A stretch of DNA of 64,000 nt from an uncultured Bryobacteraceae bacterium. GTDB taxonomy: Bacteria > Acidobacteriota > Terriglobia > Bryobacterales > Bryobacteraceae. The stretch is taken from assembly GCA_947084845.1 (NCBI GenBank), contig CAMTUE010000004.1:7217-71216 (forward strand), written 5' to 3'. This document shows, piece after piece, positions 19,133-27,947 of the stretch. The stretch's first letter is position 1, and each line of letters begins with the position of its first letter. Below the pieces are notes generated by a model. It was not told where the DNA came from. It worked only from the letters and a program-made list of their open reading frames with translations, and made no database searches. Position numbers and translations under genes: made by a program.

Positions 19133-21655
19133 CTACCGGACCGGAATCGTGATCGTTCCGGCGCTCTTGCCATCGAAATGGACGGTGAGCGGCAGCGTAG
19201 GCGGATCGGAAGGCGTGGAAGCCGAGAGCACGATAAAGACGTTGTACTCACCCGTCCTGCCGGCAACCGTCTGCGCCGACACGACCGCGTGGTCCAGCGT
19301 TCCGGACGTGATCGAGAACCGCTTCAGGTCAGGCTGGACGCCAAGGTCAGGCAGGTTCCTGACAACAACCTGAATCAGGTCACCCGCTCTGTGCGCGTCA
19401 CCGGGCGAGAGATCGATCCCCTTCCAGGTTTGCGCCTTCACCACCTGGGGCGGAGCAGGTTCGATGACGACGAAAGCCGGCATCGTCGTCCTGCCGCCAA
19501 CGATCAACTGAAGCGACGCCGGCCCGGGCGTCACAGAGGCCGGGATGGCAATGCGGACAACTCCGGCCGGGGCGTCAACTTCGGTGAGTGCCGCGGGAAT
19601 GCCGCCGATGGCCGCGCTGACCGTCTGTAGCGTGGTCGATTGCGGCAGGTTCATCACGGGCACGATCAACTCGCCGCCCGGATACGGCTTGCCGCCCGAG
19701 ATGCGCGACATGGCGACGTAGGGGGCCGTGGTTGCAGCGCCGATCTGAAGCTGAGCGCCGGCCACGGTGCGGCGCAAACCCGTCCAAACGGCGACCGGCA
19801 CCGCGCCGGGCATCGCCTGTCCGGAGATGGCGACCTGAACCAGCGCCTTCGAATCAGACAGCGGAATCAGTTTGAGAAACGTCACATCGCTCGAACCGAA
19901 TGCCGCCTGGACCGAACCGGCAGTGAGTTTCATCCCCGTCGCCGTCAGTTCAACGACCGTCTCGACACCGGCCGGCAGAGTCGCGGGCGAGAACTCCAAC
20001 GTAGGTTCCACGGCGGTCTCGAATGCGTAAACCGGCGATTTGGCGCCCAACGTCATCAGCGTGCTCTGGCCGTCCGGATTCAACACGGCGACGATGCCTT
20101 TGTGAGCGAAAGGAGCAGCCGGCGGAGCGACGGTCAGCCTCCCATCCTCAACCAAACGAACCGTTCCCCGCGCGCCGTCAAACAAAACGCTGGAACCTTC
20201 CTGGAACGGGCCGCCTTCAATGGTCAGGGTTCCGTCGGCGTTGGGGACAACAGACGTGATGACGGGGGCCTGACGCGCCTGGATGCGGAGTGCGGAAGGG
20301 GCGACATGCGTTTCGCCGTTCAGCGAAAAGATCAGATGGCGATGGCCGGGCTGGGCGTCCGCGAATTTCTGAATGTCGAGTTGAATATAGTAGGGGCCGG
20401 AGGCGTATGCCTTGATGCCGCCGGGAGCGATGGATTCCCTGGCGTCGAGCAGCGAAACGCCAAGACCGGGCATCGGCGCCGTGCCTGTCGACATGCCGTA
20501 GCCGAAAAGGATCAACGGGGAGACGCCCGAGGACGGCACCATCGTGGCCGGCTTGATCGCCTCCTGCCCGGCAAAAGTGTAGGTCTGGACCGAATGGAGG
20601 TTCACGCGGTCGCGGGCGCGGACGCTAAAGCTGTAATTCTCATACTCGACGCCGGCGGTGAACTGGTTGGGAGGCAGCACTGGGGTGGACGTGGCTGCCG
20701 GGAAGAACGCCGTGTCGAACCTGGGTCCGGGAAGAAGCAGGCGGCTGGAATCCGCGGGATCGGCGGGCAGGGTGATATTGACGGGCTGCGGTTCACCTTG
20801 AAGGGAGGGCGGCAGCGGCTGGGCGTAGAGGTAATAGGATCCGGGCGGCAGGCCTTCCAACTTGTATGATCCGTCGAGACCGGTGAGAGTGGAAACAGCC
20901 GGACCCGACGCCGTGATGGCGGTGACCGATGCCAGATGGACGCCCGCGTTCCCGATCGCGACCCGCCCGGAGATCGAAACCGACTTGGACCGGAAGGATT
21001 CGGCGGGGTAGAGGATGGAAAGTCCGATCGCGTCGTCCAGCGACAAGGGCGAGCCTTTCGAGGTCGTGCGGGTGATCTCGGTCGACATCACGCCGCCGCT
21101 CCAACTGTGTTGCAGGCCCAGCGCGTGGCCGATTTCGTGCACCAGCGTCAGGAAGAACCTCTCCGTGTAGACCGGCCGGACGGGCGTGGCGAGATTGGCG
21201 CGGAGAACCACCAGCGACTTCACGATGGGCACAAACGAACCATACGATGTCGTCACCGGATCGAGCCGGTTCGTCGGTCCGCCCAGGGCGATGACGCCAT
21301 CCGGCATCTCGTCGAAGACGACTTCAATATGCGGCGACGCCATCGGCCGGCTCTCGGAGGAGAGCCCGCCAAAGGCGATCTTCAGATTCGAGGTCGATAC
21401 CGTGTTCCACGCCTCGGCGGCGGCGCGAACCTGACTCACCAGGGAAGTGAAGTTATCGCCCGGCGCATACTCCGCCGCGCCGGTTTCGCGAATCAACAGC
21501 GGCAGGCGGTTGCCCGGCAGAACGCTCGTATCGAAGCGTGTGACCAAAGGAACCCGGGAATCAGGCCCAAGCTGGTAGACGATGAAGTGGTAGTAGGCCG
21601 AAGCCAGCGGCGCCAGCAGCAACATGCAGGCCAGCAGTGCGCCGCGCATCTTCAT
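19133..21655 (-). CDS. secreted matrixin-like zinc metalloprotease with CarboxypepD_reg/IPT-like repeats
   Basis: Signal MKMRGALLACMLLLAPLASA. HEIGHALGLQHS metzincin motif. SISGRV..TGLDGSYKLEGLPPGSYYLYA is a CarboxypepD_reg-like domain. Confidence 0.8.
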   Translation of the reverse strand: MKMRGALLACMLLLAPLASAYYHFIVYQLGPDSRVPLVTRFDTSVLPGNRLPLLIRETGAAEYAPGDNFTSLVSQVRAAAEAWNTVSTSNLKIAFGGLSSESRPMASPHIEVVFDEMPDGVIALGGPTNRLDPVTTSYGSFVPIVKSLVVLRANLATPVRPVYTERFFLTLVHEIGHALGLQHSWSGGVMSTEITRTTSKGSPLSLDDAIGLSILYPAESFRSKSVSISGRVAIGNAGVHLASVTAITASGPAVSTLTGLDGSYKLEGLPPGSYYLYAQPLPPSLQGEPQPVNITLPADPADSSRLLLPGPRFDTAFFPAATSTPVLPPNQFTAGVEYENYSFSVRARDRVNLHSVQTYTFAGQEAIKPATMVPSSGVSPLILFGYGMSTGTAPMPGLGVSLLDARESIAPGGIKAYASGPYYIQLDIQKFADAQPGHRHLIFSLNGETHVAPSALRIQARQAPVITSVVPNADGTLTIEGGPFQEGSSVLFDGARGTVRLVEDGRLTVAPPAAPFAHKGIVAVLNPDGQSTLMTLGAKSPVYAFETAVEPTLEFSPATLPAGVETVVELTATGMKLTAGSVQAAFGSSDVTFLKLIPLSDSKALVQVAISGQAMPGAVPVAVWTGLRRTVAGAQLQIGAATTAPYVAMSRISGGKPYPGGELIVPVMNLPQSTTLQTVSAAIGGIPAALTEVDAPAGVVRIAIPASVTPGPASLQLIVGGRTTMPAFVVIEPAPPQVVKAQTWKGIDLSPGDAHRAGDLIQVVVRNLPDLGVQPDLKRFSITSGTLDHAVVSAQTVAGRTGEYNVFIVLSASTPSDPPTLPLTVHFDGKSAGTITIPVR

Positions 21656-22197
21656 CGCACGGCCCCTTCAGTGGACCGGACCATGCGGCGCAGACCTTCC
21701 AGGGTCAGCGTGACGGGTTGGGACTGGACTTCCTTGCCCGACTTGTCGACCAGTTCGGCGTCAAGAACGCCGCGCATCAGCACCGTCTCGCCCGCCTGGT
21801 TCACCTTCAAATCAAACAGACCCTGCGAGAGCCCAATAATATGGAGGATGCCGCTCTGTCCCTTCCACACGAAGACCACGTATTCACTGCCGGTCTGCAA
21901 GGTGGGGGTTCCGGCGAACGACTGGCGAATGCGCCCGATCGTGCCGCCAGGTACGGAAACCCGGAGCGTTTCGCCGGCGTCGCCCTTCAGTTTCTCGGAT
22001 ACCTTCAGCGAATAGACCGTGTAGACGAGCGATCCGCGCTGCATGGCGGTTTGGCCGAGGACCGTCGCGCGAACGATGATGTGGCTCTTGGCGGCCATCT
22101 CGTCGAGGCTGAGTCTCTCGAGAGTGGTGGCGGGAACCTGAAGAGTCAGGATCAGCAGTCCCAACGCGATGCTGGACAGACGACGGAGCATCACCAA
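21652..22197 (-). CDS. small secreted hypothetical protein, 4-nt overlap with the protease gene
   Basis: ORF with signal-like MLRRLSSIALGLLILTLQVPA (alternative ATG at 22191). Its stop overlaps the protease start (21652-21655). Confidence 0.6.
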   Translation of the reverse strand: MVMLRRLSSIALGLLILTLQVPATTLERLSLDEMAAKSHIIVRATVLGQTAMQRGSLVYTVYSLKVSEKLKGDAGETLRVSVPGGTIGRIRQSFAGTPTLQTGSEYVVFVWKGQSGILHIIGLSQGLFDLKVNQAGETVLMRGVLDAELVDKSGKEVQSQPVTLTLEGLRRMVRSTEGAVR

Positions 22198-22304
22198 TGA
22201 ATATGCAATTCATGCGCCAAACCGCAACGCCGTAAGTGATTCAAAACACGTGGCAGGGCGGGGCAGTGTGGGTCAGGCGGACACAATAGGGGACCGATGT
22301 TGTC

Positions 22305-24185
22305 TCAGCGGGACTCGCGCTCGCGGACGACCAGGACTGGGACTCCAACGGCATGACGTACTTCATTAATAGTAGCCCCGAAGATCATGTCTTTCAAGCC
22401 TTTATGTCCATGCGCGCCCATGACGAGCAGGTCTGCGTCGACCGACTTGGCCGTACGCACGATCTGGTCGCTGACGCGTCCGCCGTGGGCGACGATCAGT
22501 TCGGCGTCGAGTCCGGCGGCCTGAACGAGGGAGCGCAGCGTTTCGAGGTAGTGCTGGCCTTCTTCGACTTCGGCGGTCGAGGCATCGTCGCCGTAGAGGA
22601 AACTGGTCACGCCCTCTTCGACGTGCAGGAGGAAGAGTTTGGCGTTGTGGCCGCGGGCGAGCGATGTGGCATGAAGGAGAGTTTGGGCATCGAGCCGGGA
22701 GTGATCGAGCGGGACCAGAATGCGGGTGTAGGCGGCGGCGTCAATTGCCAGCTCCAACTTGACCGGGGTAGCGACGGCGGCGGCCGGGGCGGGAGGCTTG
22801 ACGCCGCGGCGCAGCCAGGGTTCGGCGATGAGCCAAAGCAGGAGACCGCCCACGGCCAGGTTGACGGGAATCAGGATGAAAGCAAGGGCAGGCGTGGTGG
22901 TCAGCCAGCCGGTGATGGTGGTCCAGGCGAGCATCCCGTTCAGAGCCAGAATGAGGGCCGCGGCGGCCCATGCCAGAGTTTTGACCCAAACGGGGTTGGC
23001 GAACGCGCCCATCCGTTCGCGGTCGGAGGTGAAGCGGATCAACGGGATGACGGCGAACGGGAGCTGAAGACTGAGGACGACCTGGGAGAAGATCAACAAC
23101 TGGTAGGTGGCCTTGTCGCCGAAATACATGATTGTCAGCACTGCCGGGACCACCGCCACGGAACGCGTGATCAGCCGACGCAGCCAGGGCCTCATGCGGA
23201 TATTGAGGAAACCCTCCATGACGATCTGGCCGGCCATGGTCCCGGTGATGGTCGAACTCTGGCCGGCGCAGAGCAGGGCGATGGCGAAGACGATCGAGGC
23301 CAGGCTGGTGCCGAGCAGGGGGGTCAAAAGGTGATGGGCCTGCTGGATTTCGGTGACCACGATGCCGTTCTTGAAGAACGTGGCGGCGGCCAGGATGAGG
23401 ATGGCGGCGTTGACCAGCATGGCGCCGTTCAGGGCGATCACCGAATCGATCAGATTGAACTTGCAGGCGTCGCGCTTGGCTGCGTCCCCGTCGCTGATGC
23501 GGCGGGTCTGGACCAGGGATGAGTGCAGATAAAGGTTGTGCGGCATCACCGTCGCGCCGAGGATGCCGATGGCGACATAGAGACTCTCAAAGTTGAGCCG
23601 GGGGATCAGTCCGCCCGCGACTTCGCTCCAGATTGGCTTCGAGAGGAAGATCTCGACAAAGAAGCAGCCGGCGATGATCGTGATGAAAGCAAGGATGATG
23701 GATTCCATCGCCCGGATGCCGAACCGGGTGAACCAGAGGACGAGGAAAGTGTCGAGCGTGGTCAGCAGAACGCCATAGATGAGCGGGATGCCGAACAGAA
23801 GATTGAGTCCGATGGCCGCGCCCAGCAGTTCGGCCAGATCACAGGCGGCGATGGCCAGTTCGCAAAGCACCCACAGGGCAAGAGCGACGGGCTTGGGATA
23901 GCTGCGGCGGCAGGCCTGGGCGAGGTCGAGGCCCGATGCGATGCCCAGACGCGCGCTGAGCGTCTGAAGCAGGATCGCCATGAAGTTCGACAGGACCAGG
24001 ACCCAGAGCAGTTGATAGCCGAAACGCGCTCCGCCTTCAATGTCGGTGGCCCAGTTGCCGGGATCCATGTAGCCGACCGAGACGAGGTAGGCGGGTCCGG
24101 CGAAGGCGAAGATACGCCGCCAGAGCGATGGGTGAGTGGTCGAAACCGAGGAATGAACTTCGGAAAGTGAACGGTTGTCGCTCAA
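22305..24185 (-). CDS. mntH: Nramp-family divalent metal transporter fused to a C-terminal universal stress protein domain
   Basis: GYMDPGNWATDIEGGARFGYQLLWV Nramp signature and about 11 TM helices. C-terminal roughly 140 aa, RILVPLDHS..LFLLHV..LLVMGAHGHKGLKDMIFGATINEVRHAVGVPVLVV, is USP-like. The only in-frame start is TTG 24185. Confidence 0.85.
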   Translation of the reverse strand: MSDNRSLSEVHSSVSTTHPSLWRRIFAFAGPAYLVSVGYMDPGNWATDIEGGARFGYQLLWVLVLSNFMAILLQTLSARLGIASGLDLAQACRRSYPKPVALALWVLCELAIAACDLAELLGAAIGLNLLFGIPLIYGVLLTTLDTFLVLWFTRFGIRAMESIILAFITIIAGCFFVEIFLSKPIWSEVAGGLIPRLNFESLYVAIGILGATVMPHNLYLHSSLVQTRRISDGDAAKRDACKFNLIDSVIALNGAMLVNAAILILAAATFFKNGIVVTEIQQAHHLLTPLLGTSLASIVFAIALLCAGQSSTITGTMAGQIVMEGFLNIRMRPWLRRLITRSVAVVPAVLTIMYFGDKATYQLLIFSQVVLSLQLPFAVIPLIRFTSDRERMGAFANPVWVKTLAWAAAALILALNGMLAWTTITGWLTTTPALAFILIPVNLAVGGLLLWLIAEPWLRRGVKPPAPAAAVATPVKLELAIDAAAYTRILVPLDHSRLDAQTLLHATSLARGHNAKLFLLHVEEGVTSFLYGDDASTAEVEEGQHYLETLRSLVQAAGLDAELIVAHGGRVSDQIVRTAKSVDADLLVMGAHGHKGLKDMIFGATINEVRHAVGVPVLVVRERESR

Positions 24186-24221
24186 TCGTCTATGTTAACC
24201 GATGGCGTGCGCGGAGACGGA

Positions 24222-24254
24222 AAGAGGGAGGCGCACGGGATGCGCCCCCCTCTT
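24222..24254 (-). terminator. hairpin downstream of the TonB receptor gene
   Basis: aagagggaggcgca (24222-24235) pairs with tgcgcccccctctt (24241-24254): 13 bp with one mismatch. On the minus strand it is followed by a short U-containing stretch. Confidence 0.5.
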
Positions 24255-24284
24255 GTTAAACGGCCAGAAGCGGCCGGCGGCGTC

Positions 24285-27200
24285 CTAGAAGCGGATGCGT
24301 CCGCCGAGTTGAATGTTCCGGGTGAAGTTCAACTGGGCGACCGGAAGGATGCCGAAGTCGGCGCCCGCCGGGTTGGTCGAGGGCGGATCGCCGCGCAGCG
24401 GTGTGTTGAAGGCGTTGAACGCCTCGGCGCGGAATTCGAACGAGAAACGCTCATTGATCTGGAATTTTTTCGAGACCATGAAGTCGAATTGAGGAGCCGT
24501 ATGGCTTCTAAGCTGGTGGAAGCGAGCGGGCAATTGGGCGTACTCGAAGGGCCGCAACTGCCTCCAGCACTCGCTGAACCGGGAGCGGTCGTTGAAGAAC
24601 CAGCTATTTTCTCCAACGTTGACTCCCTGGCGGGGATCGCCGCATTGGAACTGCCAACTGCGCCAGGCGGCCAGCGGGACGCCGCTCTGGTAGATCAGGT
24701 TGAAGTTGGTCGTCCAGCCGCCGACGAGGAACTCGGCGGCTTTGGGGAGATGGCTGCCGAAGGCCCGGTTCTTGCCGAAGGGCAGGTCCCAGATGGCGGC
24801 GGTGGTGAAGTTGTGGGTGCGATCTTCCCCCGTGACCTGGCTGCGCATCTCCTGCCACTGGAAGGCATAGTCGTTGCGCAGGAAGTTCTCCATCATCTTC
24901 GACCAGGTGTAGGCGGTCACCCACGTGACGGCGCCCGTCTTGGCGCGATCGCCGAGCATGCGCTTCTCAAAGCGGGTCTGAAGAGCGTGGTACCAGACGC
25001 GCCCGGAGGGGTTCACGTTGTCAAAGACGCTGGTAAAACCGGGAAAACGGCGCAGCAGATCCCGCCGCGAGATGTTCGCCTGGCTGGCCATGGTGGTGCC
25101 GGGCCGCGCGAGACCGAAGAAGGGGTTCGGCACCGCCGTTTGGTAGAAGCCGACGTTGGCGGAATCCTGGGCGCGATCCCAATCCGCTTGCGCCATATCG
25201 CCCAACTGGATGCCGCGGCCTTCCTGCGTCGTGCGCGAGCCTACGTAGCTGGCCTCCAAAACAATGCTCCAGGGCAGTTCACGTTCGAGGGTGACCGACC
25301 ACTGGCGGGTGCGGGGGATGGGGCGGTTCGGATTGTCGAAACTCACTCCGCCGCCGAATCCCGTGGCCAGGCCCAGTTGGTTGCCGAAGGGCCGCACCAC
25401 GCCGTCGGGGAAGGGATTCTCGAACGAGTAGGGACCGGTACCGAGACCGCTCGACGGCGTCAGCCCGGCGTTGAGGGAGTTGATGTAGTCGGTGTTCAGG
25501 CTGTAGCCGGTCGCGATGTTGCCACGGGTGTCGGTGCGGTGGAAAATCCCCACGCCGCCCCGCAGAACGGTCTTGCTGGCCAGGTTCCAGGCGAAGCCGA
25601 AACGGGGCTGGATGTTGGTGAGGTCCCAGTTGTAAACCCGCCGCGGCTGACCGCCGGCGTTCGCAAACTGGAGCCCGCCGCGGATCACGCTCGGGACGGC
25701 GGGAAATGTCGCGCCCTGGGCGGTCTGAATTGTGCGCCAGCGGGCGATGATGTCGGCGCTGTTGGGTTGCGCGCCGTCATAGTTGAAACCACGATTGAGC
25801 CGGTTGTGGATTTCATACAGAGGGAACTGGATGTCGTAACGGAGCCCCAGGTTCAAGGTGAGGCGGTTCGTTATTTTCCAGTCGTCCTGGATGAAGCCGG
25901 CGGTGTAGGACTGGCGGCGCAGGAACGAGTCGTTGAAGGCCATGAACCCCGACGACATGTTGCCGAGCAGCAGGTCGGCCACGGCACTGCCGTCGCGGGC
26001 GCCCTGGGCGACGCCGAAAAACTGCCGGCTCCACATGCCATTGAAGCTGAACTCGCCGCTCGAACGGCCCGACGCCCGATTGTGGTTGATCAGTTGCGCC
26101 AGCTCGATGCCGTACTTAAGGTTGTGACGGCCGCGGACCTCACTGATATTGGCCTGGAAGTTGAGCTGCTGGCGCGAACTCTCGTTGATGTACTGGTTGC
26201 CGAACAGGGCGGAAAAGCCGCTCACGTTGACGCGCGGCGCATACCGGCTGGGGAAGGTGTCCACGATGGGCAGTTGCTTGATGCCGATCTTGTCCAGGGT
26301 GAAGGACGGATCGGAAACGTCCGGGAAGTTCTGTTTGAAGCGGTTGTAGTTCGCCTGGGCGTGGAAGACCCGCGACGGCGTCAGCGTGCGGTCGTAGCTG
26401 ACCAGGTAGTTCATGTCCCGCCGCACGGTGCCGGTCATATTGCCGAACTGGGCCGGCGGATCGAATCCGTTCTGGTTGCGGAACTCGCTGCCGTCCTGGA
26501 AGGTGACCAGGAAGTAGAGGCGGTCGTTGTCGGTGAGGATCTTGTCGTATCGTGCCATTGGCTGCTCGTAGCGGTACTTGCCCAGGTTGTCGGGGCGCGT
26601 GAAGTTGTTCACCAGGGATTGGGGCTGGAAGTTGGGTCCAGGATAGTAGCCCATAATCGAGCGTCCCGACGGGGTGATGCGCGACCCCGGAATGGCGTTG
26701 CCCGGGAAGGGATCGCGCCGGTAGAGGCCCCCCGAGACGCAGGTGACATCGCCGCCGCACACGCGCGAGGTCATCGGGTCGTAGATCTGGATGGCGCCGG
26801 TTTGGCCCTGCGGCGTGAAGCCGGCGAAATTGCCGCCCCGGATCTCCACGGGCGGCACGCTGACGTTCGACGGGAAGGGGACGCGTTCGCGCCAGCCCTC
26901 GAAAGAGACGAACACGAAGTCGGTGTTCTTCCTCAGCGCGAACCCGGCCGTGCCGCCGAACTGGTGCTGGTTACGGAAGCCGCGGCCGACGCCGAGCGCG
27001 TTGTTCTGCCGTGTATTGGCGTCGAGGATGCGGTTGCGCCAGAAGTTGAACAGCGTGCCGTGCAACTCGTTGGCGCCCGAGCGGAGCGTGGTGTTGACGT
27101 GGCCGCCGCCGGAGCGCCCGAACTGCACGTCATAGGTGTTCACCATCACCTTCATCTCGGACACCGCCTCGACGTTGGGGGCCAGGTTGAAGGTGCCGTC

Positions 27201-27818
27201 GGAGGAGATCGGCGCGCCGTTCAACAGAAACTGGTTGGAGCCGGAACGGCCGCCGTTCATCACGAACGAGCCGTTGACGTCCCAGGCGCGGGTGCCGGAA
27301 AATCCCGTGGCGCCGAATGTGCGCTGCACGAACATCACGCCCGGCGACAGGCGCATCAACATGTAAAGCTGGCGGCCATTGAGCGGAATTTCCTGGAGCT
27401 TCACCGGATCGAAGACCAGTCCGCGGCTGGCGGTGGTGGTTTGGATCAGTTCTTGCTCGCCGACGACAGTGACCTGCTGCGTTATGGAGCCGACCGCCAT
27501 CTCCAGACTGAGATTCAACTTGTCGGCGGTGTTAAGGACAATGCCCTCGCGGCGGATCTGCTGGAAACCTTCGGCGGCCATGGTCACCGTGTAGCGGCCG
27601 GGTTCGAGTCCCAACAGGGCGTACACGCCCTGCTCGTTGGTCCTGGTTTGGGTTTTGACACCGGTGTCGTCCTTGGTGGCGCTGACCTCGGCTCGGGCTA
27701 TGGGGGCTTTGCTCGGGTCGGTGACCACGCCTAGAATCGTGGCGCGGTAATCCTGGGCATGCAAAACGCCCATCGTCAGCAGGGCGGAGAAGGCGCAAAG
27801 TGCGAACCTTCGAATCAT
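24285..27818 (-). CDS. TonB-dependent receptor with CarboxypepD_reg-like N-terminal domain
   Basis: AGGAGG then ATG 27818. Signal MIRRFALCAFSALLTMGVLHA. ILGVVTDPSKAPIARAEVSA..NEQGVYALLGLEPGRYTV. Long beta-barrel ending ..NIQLGGRIRF. Confidence 0.88.
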   Translation of the reverse strand: MIRRFALCAFSALLTMGVLHAQDYRATILGVVTDPSKAPIARAEVSATKDDTGVKTQTRTNEQGVYALLGLEPGRYTVTMAAEGFQQIRREGIVLNTADKLNLSLEMAVGSITQQVTVVGEQELIQTTTASRGLVFDPVKLQEIPLNGRQLYMLMRLSPGVMFVQRTFGATGFSGTRAWDVNGSFVMNGGRSGSNQFLLNGAPISSDGTFNLAPNVEAVSEMKVMVNTYDVQFGRSGGGHVNTTLRSGANELHGTLFNFWRNRILDANTRQNNALGVGRGFRNQHQFGGTAGFALRKNTDFVFVSFEGWRERVPFPSNVSVPPVEIRGGNFAGFTPQGQTGAIQIYDPMTSRVCGGDVTCVSGGLYRRDPFPGNAIPGSRITPSGRSIMGYYPGPNFQPQSLVNNFTRPDNLGKYRYEQPMARYDKILTDNDRLYFLVTFQDGSEFRNQNGFDPPAQFGNMTGTVRRDMNYLVSYDRTLTPSRVFHAQANYNRFKQNFPDVSDPSFTLDKIGIKQLPIVDTFPSRYAPRVNVSGFSALFGNQYINESSRQQLNFQANISEVRGRHNLKYGIELAQLINHNRASGRSSGEFSFNGMWSRQFFGVAQGARDGSAVADLLLGNMSSGFMAFNDSFLRRQSYTAGFIQDDWKITNRLTLNLGLRYDIQFPLYEIHNRLNRGFNYDGAQPNSADIIARWRTIQTAQGATFPAVPSVIRGGLQFANAGGQPRRVYNWDLTNIQPRFGFAWNLASKTVLRGGVGIFHRTDTRGNIATGYSLNTDYINSLNAGLTPSSGLGTGPYSFENPFPDGVVRPFGNQLGLATGFGGGVSFDNPNRPIPRTRQWSVTLERELPWSIVLEASYVGSRTTQEGRGIQLGDMAQADWDRAQDSANVGFYQTAVPNPFFGLARPGTTMASQANISRRDLLRRFPGFTSVFDNVNPSGRVWYHALQTRFEKRMLGDRAKTGAVTWVTAYTWSKMMENFLRNDYAFQWQEMRSQVTGEDRTHNFTTAAIWDLPFGKNRAFGSHLPKAAEFLVGGWTTNFNLIYQSGVPLAAWRSWQFQCGDPRQGVNVGENSWFFNDRSRFSECWRQLRPFEYAQLPARFHQLRSHTAPQFDFMVSKKFQINERFSFEFRAEAFNAFNTPLRGDPPSTNPAGADFGILPVAQLNFTRNIQLGGRIRF

Positions 27819-27947
27819 GAGAGACCTCCTGTGTTGCGCATCGGAAATTTCAGACACCTAAAAGCTAAGACTTCGACTCAAGGGCAGTGTATAGAAGCCT
27901 CGCTCCGGAGTCAAGAGATAGCGGAAAGTGATAGCGTCAAGCGACAG

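Noticed and set aside
24192-27734. 1180-aa plus-strand ORF antisense to the TonB receptor gene
   Set aside because: The translation is low-complexity and rich in G/A/R/V/E, with no recognisable motifs. The opposite strand encodes a clear receptor with signal peptide, CarboxypepD_reg domain and terminal Phe. This is a typical shadow ORF in GC-rich DNA.
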